From Octopus sinensis (lineage: Eukaryota): a stretch of DNA of 64,000 nt. Both the position numbers and the translations under genes were made by a program. Under the pieces are notes generated by a model, which saw only the letters and a program-made list of their open reading frames with translations, made no database searches and was not told where the DNA came from. The number at the start of each line of letters is the position of its first letter. Positions within the stretch are counted from its first letter, which is position 1. The stretch spans positions 84,382,001 to 84,446,000 of the forward strand of contig NC_042997.1 in NCBI RefSeq assembly GCF_006345805.1, written 5' to 3'. Shown here in pieces: positions 12,735 through 26,985 of the stretch.

Positions 12735-13638
12735 CATCAGCACTACTGACCGTTGGACGTGTTAGTGAAATTCACTCTCTTGCCAGTTTTCGGCTTATGT
12801 CCCCGGATTGAGAATAACTACCACCCCTTCCTCCTACTTGTGTCGGAGGTCCTCAGGAAACAAAGTGTCTGTCGTTGCCCACTGCCCTTTCTTCTTTCCA
12901 CCGATTAAACGATAATAAAAGGAACACTGCTAAATGTCACGAGACATTTTTGCCCGACCCTCTAATAATTCTGCCAAGCCACTACCCTTGTCTCCACCAA
13001 TACGAAGAACTAAATATTTTGTTAATTCTTAACAAGTTTATTGATGCTCCATTACTTCAGAATTCGAAAAAGAACATAATTATGCTGCGAAGATTACGAG
13101 AAAAGAAATATTTATTGCTTCGTATTAATATTTTTAGGAAGGATTTTCATACAAAATACACAAAAAAAAAAGACATCGGGCGTTTGTATTTAATGATGAG
13201 TCACTTAAACTATGTAAGAATTCTATGATGGAATTGAATGGTAACTTTACCAGATTCTGTCATACTCTGTGAATATGTGACAGTCAGTTTGAATGACACA
13301 TAATAACACGGATGCCTGCACTTTTATATAAGAATAAGATAATACAGTCGACCAAGGATAATTCGTTTTACAGTTGGTGTAGTCGTTGCCATTGTTATTT
13401 TTGTCGTTATAGTTAGTGTTGTTGTTGTTGTTATTGTTGTTGTTGCATCTGAGTTGCTTAAACAGCAGAGCATTTTGCTATTTAGTTCATAGCTGAAAAA
13501 TCCAACCAGATTTTATTTTTTTGCCTTTCATTCTCGATAAAACCTATACTATTCAAGTAGTATTGTCCATTAAATCTACTACAATGTAAGATAATCATTA
13601 TCATCGTCGTCGTCTTCCTCCTCCTCCTCCTCCTCCTC

Positions 13639-13674
<36 letters not shown>

Positions 13675-13875
13675 CCATTTTCAAATCTGCTGAAGTCGAT
13701 TTTAATTTCAACCCTTCGGTCTTCGCAAAATGTCATCTGCCAATTCCTGGTAAATATTTATCCTCTCCAAACAGTCAGACATTCTGAGTTGGATTCAACC
13801 GAGTTTGACTTCGTCCTTTCAGAGTTGATGGAATATAGTACAAGCCAAGTACTGTGTTCGATGGTATCAGCCATC

Positions 13876-14145
13876 CAGTGGTTCACAACCATATTTTGCC
13901 TATGGAACCCTTTGGTTCTTACTTTACTTTACTGACCCCATCCCACCTCCACCCCATAGCCATTTGATACTTCAAAAAATCATATTATATTTTTATAATT
14001 AAATATTATTAGGAATTGTATAAAAATAATTATTAAAACATTTTGTGTATAGTAGAATTATAACCTGTTTATTACGCATAAACTTTAACAGCAAAATATT
14101 ATATGAACCCTCAAGGGTCATACAGACCCCGGTTGAAAACCACAG
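13876..14145. mobile_element. hAT (Charlie-like) MITE
   Basis: Imperfect TIRs CAGTGGTTCACAACC / GGTTGAAAACCACAG; 8-bp TSD not retained. Confidence 0.6.
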
Positions 14146-14239
14146 GACTAACCCTTCCACAGAATTGTTGGCCTTGTGCCTAAATCAGAAACCATTATTA
14201 TTGTTGTTAATGATTTTGTTGTTGTTGGTTGTTTAGAAA

Positions 14240-14634
14240 TAATCAGTATGGGATTTATCAAAAGACTCCCTTCAGTCATGAATGATCATGGGATTGCACC
14301 TAGAAAGTTTCTCTCTTGAAGAATGAAAGAAAAAGTTAATCTCGCTGGCAAAATTTAATTTACCATCTGATTTAAGCAAGGTTGTCTATGGAAGACTAGC
14401 AATGCCCATGCATACCGGCCTCTCCTCTCCACGCCATCGGTGTTATCCAAGGGAAACGCAAAGGCCGATACAGCTTGGAACTAGTGACATCGCAACTCAT
14501 TTCTGAAGCTGAGTGAATTGGAGCAATGTGAAATAAAATGTCTTGCTCAAGAACACAACACACAGCCCCGTCCAGGAATCGAAGTCATTACCTCATGATT
14601 GTGAGTCCGATGCTCTAACCACTGAGCCATGCGA
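14240..14634 (-). mobile_element. tRNA-derived SINE (family C/D type)
   Basis: Minus strand gcatggctcagtggttagagcatcggac...ttcgattcctgg A/B boxes, then tgtgttcttgagcaagac core. Confidence 0.8.
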
Positions 14635-14774
14635 AGGTGATGCATATTGAAGTAATTTCTGGTTTTTATGATTTAACCCTAACCTAGAAAGCTGACGACA
14701 TATTTATCACTTACATACGTCTCCTACTGCTTCCGTTTTATGACAATGTACTCAACCTCGTTTCCCTCCCGTTG

Positions 14775-15168
14775 ATATGTATTAAGAAGCTTGCTTCCCA
14801 ACCACATGTCCAACTGCGTAGTATGTTGGGCTACTGTCTTCTACTAAAGCCTCGGGCCAACCAAAGCCTTGTGAGTAGATTTGGTAGACAGAAACTGAAA
14901 GAAACCCATGACATATATGTATATTTATGTGTGTATTTGTGTGTATCTCTTCGTGTCTGTGCTTGTCCCCTATCACCGCTTCACAACCGGTCTTAGTGTG
15001 TTTACGTTTCGTAAATTAGCGGTTCGGCAAATGAGACAGATAGAATAAGTACCAGGCTTTAAAAAATAAGTACTGTGCTCGATTCATTCGACAAAAAAAA
15101 GGAGATTCTACGAGGAGGTGCCCCAGCATGTTCGCAGTCCAATGACCGAACCAAATAGAAAATAGAAC
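14775..15168 (+). mobile_element. SINE family A
   Basis: Homologous to 661-1120. Confidence 0.8.
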
Positions 15169-15259
15169 ATAATACACACACACGCGCATGTGCGCACGCA
15201 CGCACACATGCACCCACACACACAACGTATTGGAGTTGTTGGTTTTCTTCATTTGATCA

Positions 15260-15640
15260 GCACATACCTTTGGGTTACGCCGTCGAGCGGTGAGTCAATA
15301 TTTGGTCTTATGCAGAGGTTCTCTATGGTGTTTTTACAGTATCTTATGGATGTTCCATTTCATACCTGTTCGATGTTACAATACGATATAATCTCTCAAA
15401 GAAACGAATGTATCAATACCATATAACTCATTCGTTTGTTTTTATTGTTACGTTATGTCACGCTGAAGTCCCCTTCAGCTTTGGATGTTCTTGGAGTTAC
15501 AGATTACTAAACATCAAGGAACTTCCCTACATCGATGCCTCCATCATAAATTGGATTGTTTACCTGTATTTTACTGTATTAATGTGATGGGCTCCACTTT
15601 GATATGCCCCGATTTTAATTGAACCTCTGTAATCAATTCC
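15260..15640 (-). pseudogene. Possible highly decayed RTE-type RT remnant
   Basis: Frameshifted pieces IKV-GAHHINTVKY and GMKWNIHK loosely resemble RTE RT motifs around YADD and G-x-K-I-N-x-x-K. Confidence 0.3.
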
Positions 15641-16548
15641 TTGTAATCGATACATATATTTTATAATTTTCACATTAGCATTTCGCAAAATCAGTCATAA
15701 TCTGGATTTAGCCGAAACCATGCAGCAACGGTGTAGTTACAACTGACGAGCTTGTAATTTTTCAGATGATACTAGTCTAGTCTAGTGATCTGGCTTCATG
15801 TATGAGGCGGTTATCTCCCCTGGCAGTATATAAAAATGTACTTTCTTGCAGTTCTAAGAGATTTTAACCCATATATCTAGCAATATAGGTGCTACTCAGC
15901 ATCCTCAGTCACAATTAGAGACAATTAAATTTTTCCATTTTGGTTTTATATTGCGTATAGTTACCTTCATTACCTTCATTCTATATATATACTTTGGTTT
16001 TAATTCATTGATCATTTCAAAATTGATCAATTTTCTTTAGCGCTCCAGTTGGTTAAGACTTATAAATGTAGCACCAATCAGCAAAGGCTCTTAATTATCG
16101 TTATCTAGGTAGGTAATCTACTAGCTAATCTTCTCCTAGCATCGTGCAAAGATATACCCGTAATGTAATCTAAACAAGAGGATTGACAGAGGTTGAATAA
16201 TGATCTCCAGTTTGGCGTTAACGTATGAAGATATAATACAGAGAATATAAGAGGAAAAATGTTGGGGCACAGCGAATTAAATGAAAGAAGATAGGGAGAG
16301 AAAGTGGGAGAAAGAGAACCAGAGAGTATGGGGAAGAGGAGAGTATACTGAGATTGACTCACTTCCGCTACGTTTCGTCTTGGGACATAAGAACGAGAAA
16401 AATCGACAACAAATTGGATTGAATACACATCGTGTCTCCGGTGGCTTAACACATACAAACTAGTGAATAACAATTTCTCAATTCGCTTAGAGCTTTTTAT
16501 AGAAATTCCTGTTTCCGTTACGTATGCGATCCTGTGTATATACGTACG

Positions 16549-16682
<134 letters not shown>

Positions 16683-17623
16683 TCGATCTATCCGCATATA
16701 TGTATTTACGTATGTATGTAACTGTCTCATTCCATCTTCATCCGTATGTATGCGTGTGTATATGTCTGTGTTTATACATGTATATATATATATATTATAT
16801 ATGTATGTATATACATATATATTAAATAATAAACGTACACACGCACACACGCACACACGCACATACGCACACTATGCACACATACACACGCCCACACATA
16901 TATACATACACCATCTGTAAATATACAGTGATAATAATATACAAACTCATAATCAATCAATCAGTCATGCAATCGATCTATGTATTTGTCTGTCGGTATG
17001 CATGTACGTATATACATACACATGCACACACACACACACAGACACACACACATATATATATACATACATATGTGTATATATATTTTTTATGCATATATAT
17101 ATGTATATATATGCATTTATATGCATTTCTATAGGTATCTGTATATTCATGCATATATAAGTATATGTATGTATACGTGTAAATTCATTAAAATATCTCA
17201 TGATATACAGCCTATACAATACCTGGGAGTAGACGTCGTTATATGTAATAGACAGAGTGCACAACTATATGAATAAGGAAAAGAGGGTTATGGCCGTTAC
17301 TTTAGTATCAAAAGTATGTAACTGATTATCCATATGCAAAGACAGAATGAGTAGGATCATATATAAATGCATATATGAGAGCATATACAATATGTTTAAT
17401 AAACATATATACAAACTCGGTACGTTAATATTGTTTAAGATTCAAAACAGCATTCGGTCGGTGTCTATATATACGTACGTACACACACAGACACACACAC
17501 ACAAATGCATACATGCGTATATACATGCATCTATTTAATTATATACATATATATAATATATAAAACATACGTATATACATTTATATAGATGTATATACGT
17601 ATATATATATATGTTCATATATA

Positions 17624-17763
<140 letters not shown>

Positions 17764-17998
17764 GTATGTATAACAACTTCACTCTTACTGTCACCTTTAT
17801 TTACTAATTAAATCATGGCTTACTAGTGCAAAAGACACAGTTCTGTTTGTTATTTTTCCTCCATTTTCTTCTCGTCTATATAAATTAACTACGGTTACCG
17901 CTTCCGTATACCTTTTATCAGGAATATGCTTACTGAGGTAATTACCAGAAGTGCCTTTGGATATATCTTTCCCTTAGAGGCTTTAAATACGTCTAACT

Positions 17999-18074
<76 letters not shown>

Positions 18075-19189
18075 ATATATATAAATGCATATATATATGT
18101 GTGCGTGTGTGTACATATATGTATATGTGTATACACATACACACACACACACATCAAACATGTGTCAACTTTCATAGAACACGCATAGATGTTGATGCCT
18201 TACCGCAGTCACGTACTTTACTTTTGCATTGTACAGGTTCGTCTGCTTGAATTATGCATAAACTTGTGTCAGAAATTCTAGTGTAAAAGATATACACTGG
18301 CTCCAGCTCTCATTAACGATTTACATTTTGCATTCAGTTCCTTACAAAAATATAATAATGATCAACTAATTGCAAGAACATCTAATAGCATTTTATGTTC
18401 AAGACGATTAATGTTTATTAGATGTACTGTAAGAATCATTAACTAATCAATCAATTATGTGTCGGTCATTTTGGATCTCTTGGATGAAACTGAAAAAAAA
18501 TTTCTTTTTAGTCATTTACACGACACCACACCGAATGCTTCCCTAATTCCCTCCCCTCAACAAGCACCGAAGATGCAACAATTTAAAACAGAATCGACTT
18601 TCTCTGAACTGTCTCAAATCATGTATTTTGCTAATAGAATGAGAAATCTTTTGGTGATGCATGTTTTTATTAGTTCATTAGTACGTACGTTGCTGGTTAT
18701 AATCTGCTTGTACTCCTTTCACTTCAAAACAAGAAAATATAATCATTAGCACTTTCTGAAACCACCGTATTAACTGTAGTGAAACAAAAAGCAATAAACA
18801 ATTATAATTTTTTTTCTTTATTTTCCACTTGCTAATAGAAAATACACCTCTCCCGATCCTATTAGTATAATAATGCAATAGCAGTAAGAATGTGAACAGA
18901 ATCCTATCATATGATTTAACGAATCTTAATTTAAAGCAACAATCAAATCCAAATTTATATATATGTGTTATGGAAAATATTCATAAATATGTTCGTGTTT
19001 GCCACTCAGATAATATGGACAGTAGAGAAAAGTGTTATGAAAATTGTACCGGTAGAAAGAGATAAAGTGTAAATGAAACTTGACACATATTAAATTTGGG
19101 TGAACGAAAACAGTCAGTGTTGTAGAAAATAACATGAAGTGAATATCACCGAGTTAGCCTTTGCTCTAGCAAATCATGGTACAGAAGTA

Positions 19190-19423
19190 CAGGGTGTTCA
19201 AAAGGTCTCTCTGCAGTAAGTATTTTACTGCAAAATAAATATTTATAAGATGGTATAAGACTACAAAAGAATATATTAGACTTTACAAGACTAAAAAATA
19301 TTATAAGAGGTGTTGAAAGTGTCGTCCTTCATTTTCAATACATTAAATTAAATTTATTTTTGACTGCCGTGTGAGCACTTCCTAGGCTGAGACTTACTGC
19401 GGAGAGACATTTTGAACACCTTA
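19190..19423. mobile_element. Tc1/mariner-type MITE
   Basis: TA + CAGGGTGTTCAAAAGGTCTCTCTGCAGTAAGT at left; ACTTACTGCGGAGAGACATTTTGAACACC at 19392-19420 is its near reverse complement. Confidence 0.8.
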
Positions 19424-19798
19424 CAGAAGAGAAGTAGTTAATATGCGTGTTTTCCAACTCGTAGAAATACTCATTGCCAGAAGATTTCGCTCTCCAATTA
19501 ACGTTTCTTGTGACATGGAGTGTGAGAGGATGAGTTCTGTTTTGTGTTGTGAGACGCACTGAGGAGCAGCTGCTCAGCTTGTCTAGTGTCGAGTGAATGT
19601 GAGAAAATACTTTGAAATTTCACCTTCCTTACTCACAAATGACTTCATCCGCCATTGAAATGCAGTTGTTATCTACAAGATCTACTTAAATTGTTATATG
19701 CCTTCCACATTGGGAGAACTATTTTGCTATATCTTATAAGGAAAGAAGACGGGAGGGTAAAACGTGATCATACCTGAAAGCGAGTACACAGCCTTCAT

Positions 19799-19847
19799 GC
19801 ATGTATGTATGTATGTATGTATGTATGTATGTATGTATGTATCTATC

Positions 19848-19879
<32 letters not shown>

Positions 19880-19885
19880 TGTATG

Positions 19886-19919
<34 letters not shown>

Positions 19920-19957
19920 TGTATGTATGTATGTATCTATCTATGTATCTATCTATG

Positions 19958-20008
<51 letters not shown>

Positions 20009-20020
20009 ATGTATGTATGT
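19799..20020. repeat. (TATG)n/(TATC)n compound microsatellite
   Basis: Direct reading. Confidence 0.98.
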
Positions 20021-20189
20021 ACTCAAGTACTGGAGTAGATTTTAGTATTTGTGTCATTAAGCAACCAAGAGTATTTTTTTCATTCTGGATTAAATGGAAA
20101 TTCTAATGCAAATTTTGTTTCCGTTTTTATTTTATTTTGCTTTTGTTTCAAACAAAATCATCCATCAATCAAATATCTTTCGTCGCCGG

Positions 20190-20610
20190 CGTATCCACCA
20201 TCACCACCATCACGCACTTCCTAGACGTTGTCGTGGTCGTGGTGGTCGTCTCATTGTTCTTCTCTTCCACCTCATCATCATCACCATACTACACCACTAC
20301 CACTACTATCAAGATTCCCCACCACCAACAACAACGACAACAACAACATCACTATCCTTATCCTCCTCTCCCACCTCCTCCACATCAACATTAAGATCAT
20401 GATCATGAGCCTCCTCAAAGTCCTCATCATTACTACCAAATCATTATCATCATCAACATCATCATTACGAAGACCACCGCCACCAATACCAGCACAAATT
20501 ACCATAAATATCACCACCAACACCAACACCAACACCACCACCACCACCACCACCACCACCACCACCACCACCACCAACACCACCACCACCACCATCATCC
20601 TCATCTTCGA
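20190..20610. repeat. CAC/CAT/CAA trinucleotide mosaic
   Basis: Low-complexity sequence; explains the overlapping poly-H/T/S/V ORFs. Confidence 0.85.
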
Positions 20611-21427
20611 CATGGAAGAGGCAAAGTGGAAGTGGTCATTCGACTTGTTATATACAGCAGCTAAATTTCCCTCATCTCTCACCTTACTTCTTGAGCACCA
20701 TCCCCACCCTTACCCCTCACATCAGAAAAAAAAGCAAAGCAAAATAAAAGACTAGATACAACTTTAATGCTCTTGATCGTAGACCTGGGAAAAATCTAAT
20801 AAGATAATATTCAGCAAAGACCAATAACATAGACTTTGTGCATTCGTTTCAATTTCTAGAAACAACAGTCAAACCTCTCTCAAATCATACCGTTTTGTCA
20901 AACAGCGGATGATATATGTCTGGAAAACAGAGACGTGGTAGTCACAGCCTGGAAGATTTTAAAAAGCAAAAACAAAACATCAACATCGAAATCAACAACG
21001 AAAACAATTTAACAAGCAGCAAGAACTTTGTGCAAGTATAATTAATAAAATCGATCGGCTGGCACTTGTTTTTAACGATACCCACTGAATACAAGCTGAA
21101 GTCTGCAGAAATACATCATTTGTATATTTAACATTTTGCTTCTCTTCTCTCATCAGCAATTTGCTTTGCAGTTGCAAATGATTACCGCATAAATATCTCT
21201 CCTAAAATGTCCTGTTTGAAAGGAAAGACTGGAGAAACAGTCGAATCTTGTAATTACAGATCGTATGATGTAATATGATAATACGTGGGCGCAGGTACGG
21301 CACCGCGGTTTAGAAATTCCTTTAGTAGTTACTTGCTTCCGAGTTCGATTTCACTGGGCCGCAGTTTGAGCAAGTGATTTCTATTATAGACTCGAGTCGG
21401 TTTTAACCAATAATGTTTTAACCAATA

Positions 21428-21510
<83 letters not shown>

Positions 21511-21697
21511 AAGAGAGAGATGGGGGAGAGATGGGGGACAGATAGGCAGACAGACAGAGAGATTTGGATATTAGGTTTGCATTCGGGTCTTTAACAACTT
21601 TGTCAATAAGCCTTAAACATTCGCACTTACACGCGTGCATACATTGATACACACACACATATATATATATATATATAGACGATATATATATATATAT

Positions 21698-22135
21698 CGA
21701 CTAAGCCTCCCTTAACCGGGTTCCTTAGTTAGAAATACCACATATAGAAAAAACAAATCAGGAATATTTATTCATAAATTTTTTAGTCGCTTCATCTTAT
21801 ATTATTCCGTTTGTATTCCCATTTCAGGGGCATCTTTCAGAGTATTTTCCCATTATGCGCCAGTTTGGCTGTATCAAAGTACAGACAAGCACGCACGTTA
21901 GCAAGAACGCAAACAAAACTATACAGGTGTTTACAGTAAAGGGCAATAACTCCAGGTTTCACTGTTTAAATTTGTGGAAACAAACCTTAAAAAACCGTAT
22001 ATCTCGGGAATCTACGCTCCGATTTACGCGAAATTTGTTTTATTGCTTGTATTCACATTTCAGGGATACTTTACTTTCAGAGTATTCTCCTATTATGCGC
22101 CGGTTTAGACTTTTAGTATTATATATATAACTGAT
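21698..22135. mobile_element. Possible non-autonomous Helitron-like element with internal approx. 57-bp direct repeat (21810-21866, 22047-22107)
   Basis: Repeated ttgtattc.catttcaggg...ttcagagtatt.tcc.attatgcgcc.gttt; termini only loosely Helitron-like. Confidence 0.35.
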
Positions 22136-22849
22136 TTAGGATAGTGTTATGGTACCAACTTATAACCGTTGATTTCATAACACTCTTAAAACTCTCTTGT
22201 TTTATTCTATTATTTTCTGTCTTTCTCTCTCTTTCTCTTTCTTACTCTGTGTGTGTGTGTGTGTGTTTGTGTGTGTATGTCTGTGTGTGTGTGTGTACGA
22301 GAGAAAGAGAGAAGGAAGGCATCTATGTGCGTGTATGTGTATCTATGCGTGTTTATACCGGTCTAAAAGCCGGTTTTATATATATATTTTCAGAACGATA
22401 TAACTAAGTACCTTTGAAGTCTATGCTCCAGGATGGCTACAATTCAAGGATCAAATTACATTAAAATAAAAATGAATGTCTAAAATCTAAGTTACTGATG
22501 GGCAAAACTTCGTCCATTGATGAATCACAGAACCCATCAGTTTGTTGTATATTTTGCCAGTTATGGTTCGTGTCCAGTGTCAAAAGCCAAACTAGAATGT
22601 AGAATAACCCAGCCTGCCTAATTGTTAATATGTTATTGAACGAACAGAACTATAATCAAAGAATTTGCAGCTCTGACCTACTCGTGCTTATTTCAGGGAG
22701 TTTTCTCTCTTGACACGCTAAGTTGTGACTCAAAGAAAATTTGGATGCTTCTTTTAATTGCTTGTACGATTGCTCAAGGGACCCTCCTTATAATTAATAC
22801 AGTAATGGGTACTTACGTAAGACCTTCGCTCTCGATGGAGAATAAAGGT

Positions 22850-23075
22850 TATCTTCTCAAGGCATGCCGACTCAAAGGGCCGGTTTACTGATTTCTCTGG
22901 CATATAAATTCCCCATTTGGATAGGAAGCCTGTCTGTCGCAGGATTATTCTCTTTTCCAGCTGAGAGGACTGGAGCAACGTGAAATGAAGTGTTTTGCTC
23001 AAGTACACAACGCATCGCCCGGTCCAGGAATCGAAGCCACAATCACACAACCATGGGTCCGGTACCCTAAACGTC
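22850..23075 (-). mobile_element. SINE family C
   Basis: Minus strand ttcgattcctggaccgggcgatgcgttgtgtacttgagcaaaacactt, homologous to 51660-51985. Confidence 0.8.
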
Positions 23076-23814
23076 GCCTTCACTGTCAACGACTTTGCTT
23101 CACTGTTCTCTATTTTAAGCTGCCTTTTCTGCTTCTCCCTGATTGGAATATGAGAGAAGCACAACTCTTTTACCAGGTCTTGTAGGTTTTGAATTGTAAT
23201 CGTGGCTTCAGTAACTTCGAGTTTTTTTCTCTAAGTAAGAATGTTGGTCCAACGCTCACCTTATTTTGATCTCTGGGAAGAAGTGGTCCATTTTAGTCTG
23301 CCCGTTATCCTTTGACCTGTCAGGCATGGAAGGCCTTGCAACGAGCTCACACTTCACTAACATAACTCTCAAGGTTTTTGAGACATACAAGTCACCACCC
23401 TGCAACAAAGACTGGATCAATGTGGTGGACAGTTATAATTGGCCATACTGTATTATTGATTGCCAATTTTAATTAGCTTGCATGGAAAAGAATAACTCTG
23501 TCCATTTCTTCATACGAATCTCTGATATTTCCGTGTTTGATGTGGTTGATGATGAACTTCATATCAAGGTTAAACAGGACCAGTAATTTTATTCTGTGAA
23601 GTGTTTAGTTCATGGTTTGAGGCGAGGTACATTAAATGGGATAAATGATAGCGAGGTGTGTGCATCAAGCGATGTTGAGCAGGAGTGACACATGGTTTGT
23701 AATTCTAGATGAATAGAAGAGAAAAAGCATGTGGAGGTGAAAGTCATTGGTGAGTGGGGGAGGCTTAGATGAATTTTATTTTGAATGTTCTCTAGAATAT
23801 TCGGTTCCAAATTT

Positions 23815-24010
23815 TGACACAAGGCCAGCAATTGCAGGGAAGTGGGTAAGTCGATTACATCGACCCCAATACTGAACTGGTCCTTATTTTATCGATCCTG
23901 AAAGAATGAAAGGCAGAGTGGACCTTAGCGGAATTTGAACTCAGAACGTAAAGACGGACGAAATGCCGTTGAGCATTTCGCCCGGTGCAGTAACGATTCT
24001 GTCAGCTCAG
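23815..24010 (-). mobile_element. SINE family B
   Basis: Reverse complement of the ctgagttcaaattccgc...ctttcatcctttc...gtcgataaaataagtaccag family at 56898, 58941 and 60333. Confidence 0.85.
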
Positions 24011-25779
24011 GGCCTGATATGGTCTTTAGACTATTAATGTGTTCATGACATCCGTCTTGCCTCAGCTACAAGTGTTTCAACAATGTTAGGTTCAAATCTT
24101 ACCATAAGAGATGTTTTCTGTCAGGTTGACTTGACCCGGTTATACTACATTAAATCGAATTCTTTCAATAGCATTTCCCGATATATCGATACTTCTATTT
24201 TAATGATTTATTTCATTACTGCTATAAACCAAGATTAATCTATTTGCATCGTAAACGACATGAACATCTAAAATATTCATACAAAGTATCTTGCAAACAT
24301 CGTAATAATTTGCCTTTCTCGCTAGTTTCTTTTAAAACAATATTTTAGTATGAAATAAATCTTTTATAGAAGACTTTTCTTTCGTGGAAGCAAAGGATTG
24401 CATTTTAGAAGCCATTTCTTTAAGACTGATTTTACTGCCTTCACTTTTTATTTTTCCACGTTTGTTTTAGTTATATTTATTAACGTGCAGCTTGTTAAAA
24501 GAGGAAAATATCATCAGCTGCGTGGAAACAGTATAAAGTCAATATATTTCTGTAGATTAGTCAACCATCAGGATACCTGTTTGTACACATTTTAGGAGAA
24601 ACAGTTAGGAAATGCTGAGAATAAAGATAAAAAGAATATAAATAAAAAGAAACGAAAAATTAAAGACCAAATGTCTTGAACGGATTTAATGAAAAATATC
24701 CTATCGCGTAAAGGGAGAACCTTAGCTTTATTAGGGAAAATAATGCAGTTAATAATATAGATTGTAACATAAAGAAAATAGAAAGGAGTGTATGGACGAA
24801 TGGTGAGTGAAAGAATAAATCAAGAAGTGTGAGGCGGGAATGTTGCTGAAGGTAAGGTAAGCGTTAACAGCGGAAAAAGAAAATAACATTGTGAAGCAAG
24901 AAAGATAAAGAAAATTGTAGAGTTGAAAATTTAACATATGTAGCAGAGGAATACAATGTCAGAAACCGGCTGCAGTTTAATGACAAGTGTTGCTTTCGCT
25001 GAGAATCGTCTGCATTGTTACAATTCAAGATTGTTTGATTTATGGCTTTCGTCATGCTAAAAGCTGTATTTATATTGAAAGGCGAACAAGAAGAATCGAG
25101 GAAAGCTTTTTGATGGCGGCAAAGAATGAAGAAAATATAATAAAAACCAAATGAGAGATAGAGAAAAGAAAATGTAAAAGAGGAAAGCAAAAGTATAGGA
25201 AGAAAAAAATGTTACAAGATGGCGTTGTAAATTGAAAGATTTCGTGACAAAGAATCTGTAGTGACTTGACTGCGATAAATTTCATGTGTTTACAGTTTTT
25301 TTTCGCCAACAATTTGATGCTTAGGATTCATACTTAAGGTATTCACATAAAAAAATTATAAATTGGCATATACAATGTGGTGACTAAGTAATTCGTTGGC
25401 CTAATATCACAAATATATAAGCCGCGGCAATAGAGTTGCATCGTAACGTATGACTACAATATTAGATCGATTTCTATAGTGTGAGGAAGCATGAAATATC
25501 TCAACTGGACGTTGGTGATTTTCGTCGGAGGAAATTACTATAATCAAATAGGAACTTGTTGCCAAAAGCATTACATTTCATTGTCTTTAGCTGGATTATT
25601 ATTATTGTTATTGTTATTATTATTATTGTTATTATTATTATTATTTTATTATTATTATTATATTATTATTATTATTATATGAAACCTCACAGCTTATTTT
25701 GCTGGGTATGATGGTAAGTGTCAGCTGCCCACAGCCAGCTGACTAAGATGTTCTACCTTCACACTTGCACCATTCCTTT

Positions 25780-25897
25780 TCAGCCATGTTGAGTGCTGAT
25801 ACTTCCAAGTGCACCAATTACTATTGGTATCACATCTACTCTCCTCACTGACCACAACCTTCGTATTTCCCACTTCAAATCGTCATGCTTGCTTATA
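25780..25897 (-). pseudogene. RLE LINE fragment
   Basis: HDDLKWEIRRLWSVRRVDVIPIVIGALGSIS. Confidence 0.75.
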
Positions 25898-26005
25898 TTC
25901 TTCTTCTTCTTCTTCTTCTTCTTCTTCTTCTTCTTCTTCTTCTTCTTCTTCTTCTCATTATTATTATTATCATCATTATTATGAGAGAAAGCGAGAGAGA
26001 GAGAA

Positions 26006-26071
<66 letters not shown>

Positions 26072-26227
26072 CAGTGCATGCCATCAAAGTGACGCTAGGG
26101 TAAAATATATGAAGCCCATGACTAGTCCGATGTTAGGAATTTTTTTTTTCTAACAGTCTAATCTGTTGTGTGTGTATGAATAATGATGATGATGATGAGG
26201 ATGAGGATGATGATGATAATAATAATA

Positions 26228-26282
<55 letters not shown>

Positions 26283-26297
26283 CATGATAATAATAAT

Positions 26298-26913
26298 ATC
26301 TCTGGCTGCCCAGTCCTGGCTAAGAAGGAATATATTCACAGACATGACAGAGTTGGAACCTACATACATTGGAAGCTATGCCAACATTATGGAATAACAA
26401 CAGAAAAAAGATGGTATAGGCACACACCAGAAAAGGTCACAGAAAACGAGAAAGCAACCATACTCTGGGATATGCCGATACACACAGATAGAGAAATTAA
26501 GGCCAACAGGCCAGATATAGTTGTCAGAGATCATGAAGAAAAAAAATGTTTTCTAATCGATGTATCAATACCGGCAGATGACAACGTGTCTCTAAAAGAA
26601 ATGGAGAAACTCTCAAAATACAAAGACCTGGAAATAGAGGTAACCAGAATGTGGAATCTGAAAACAGAAACAATTCCTATCATAGTAGGTGCATTAGGCA
26701 TGATAAAAAAATATTCAGACAAATACATAACAAAAACACCAGGACTTACAAACACATATAACATACAGAAAATTGCACTACTAGGCACTGCACACATCCT
26801 ACGCAGAACACTTTCCATACAATAACCATTAGAGCATCACAATAAATCACAACACAAGGCACACAGGGCTGCGCTCGGTAGTGAAGTGAAAGCACGCTAT
26901 AAAAATAAAACTA

Positions 26914-26982
<69 letters not shown>
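26298..26982 (+). mobile_element. 5'-truncated R4/Dong-like LINE, copy 1 (stop-free 176-aa C-terminus 26298-26825, 3' UTR, (TAA)n tail)
   Basis: ISGCPVLAKKEYIHRHDRVG...LWD...RPDIVV...LIDVSIP...KLSKYKDL...IPIIVGALG...LLGTAHILRR; PD-(D/E)xK RLE domain; (TAA)n on both sides. Confidence 0.92.

Positions 26983-26985
<3 letters not shown>

Noticed and set aside
20228-20755. 175-aa His/Thr/Ser-rich ORF
   Set aside because: Trinucleotide mosaic open in several frames and on both strands; no recognisable motif or splice support
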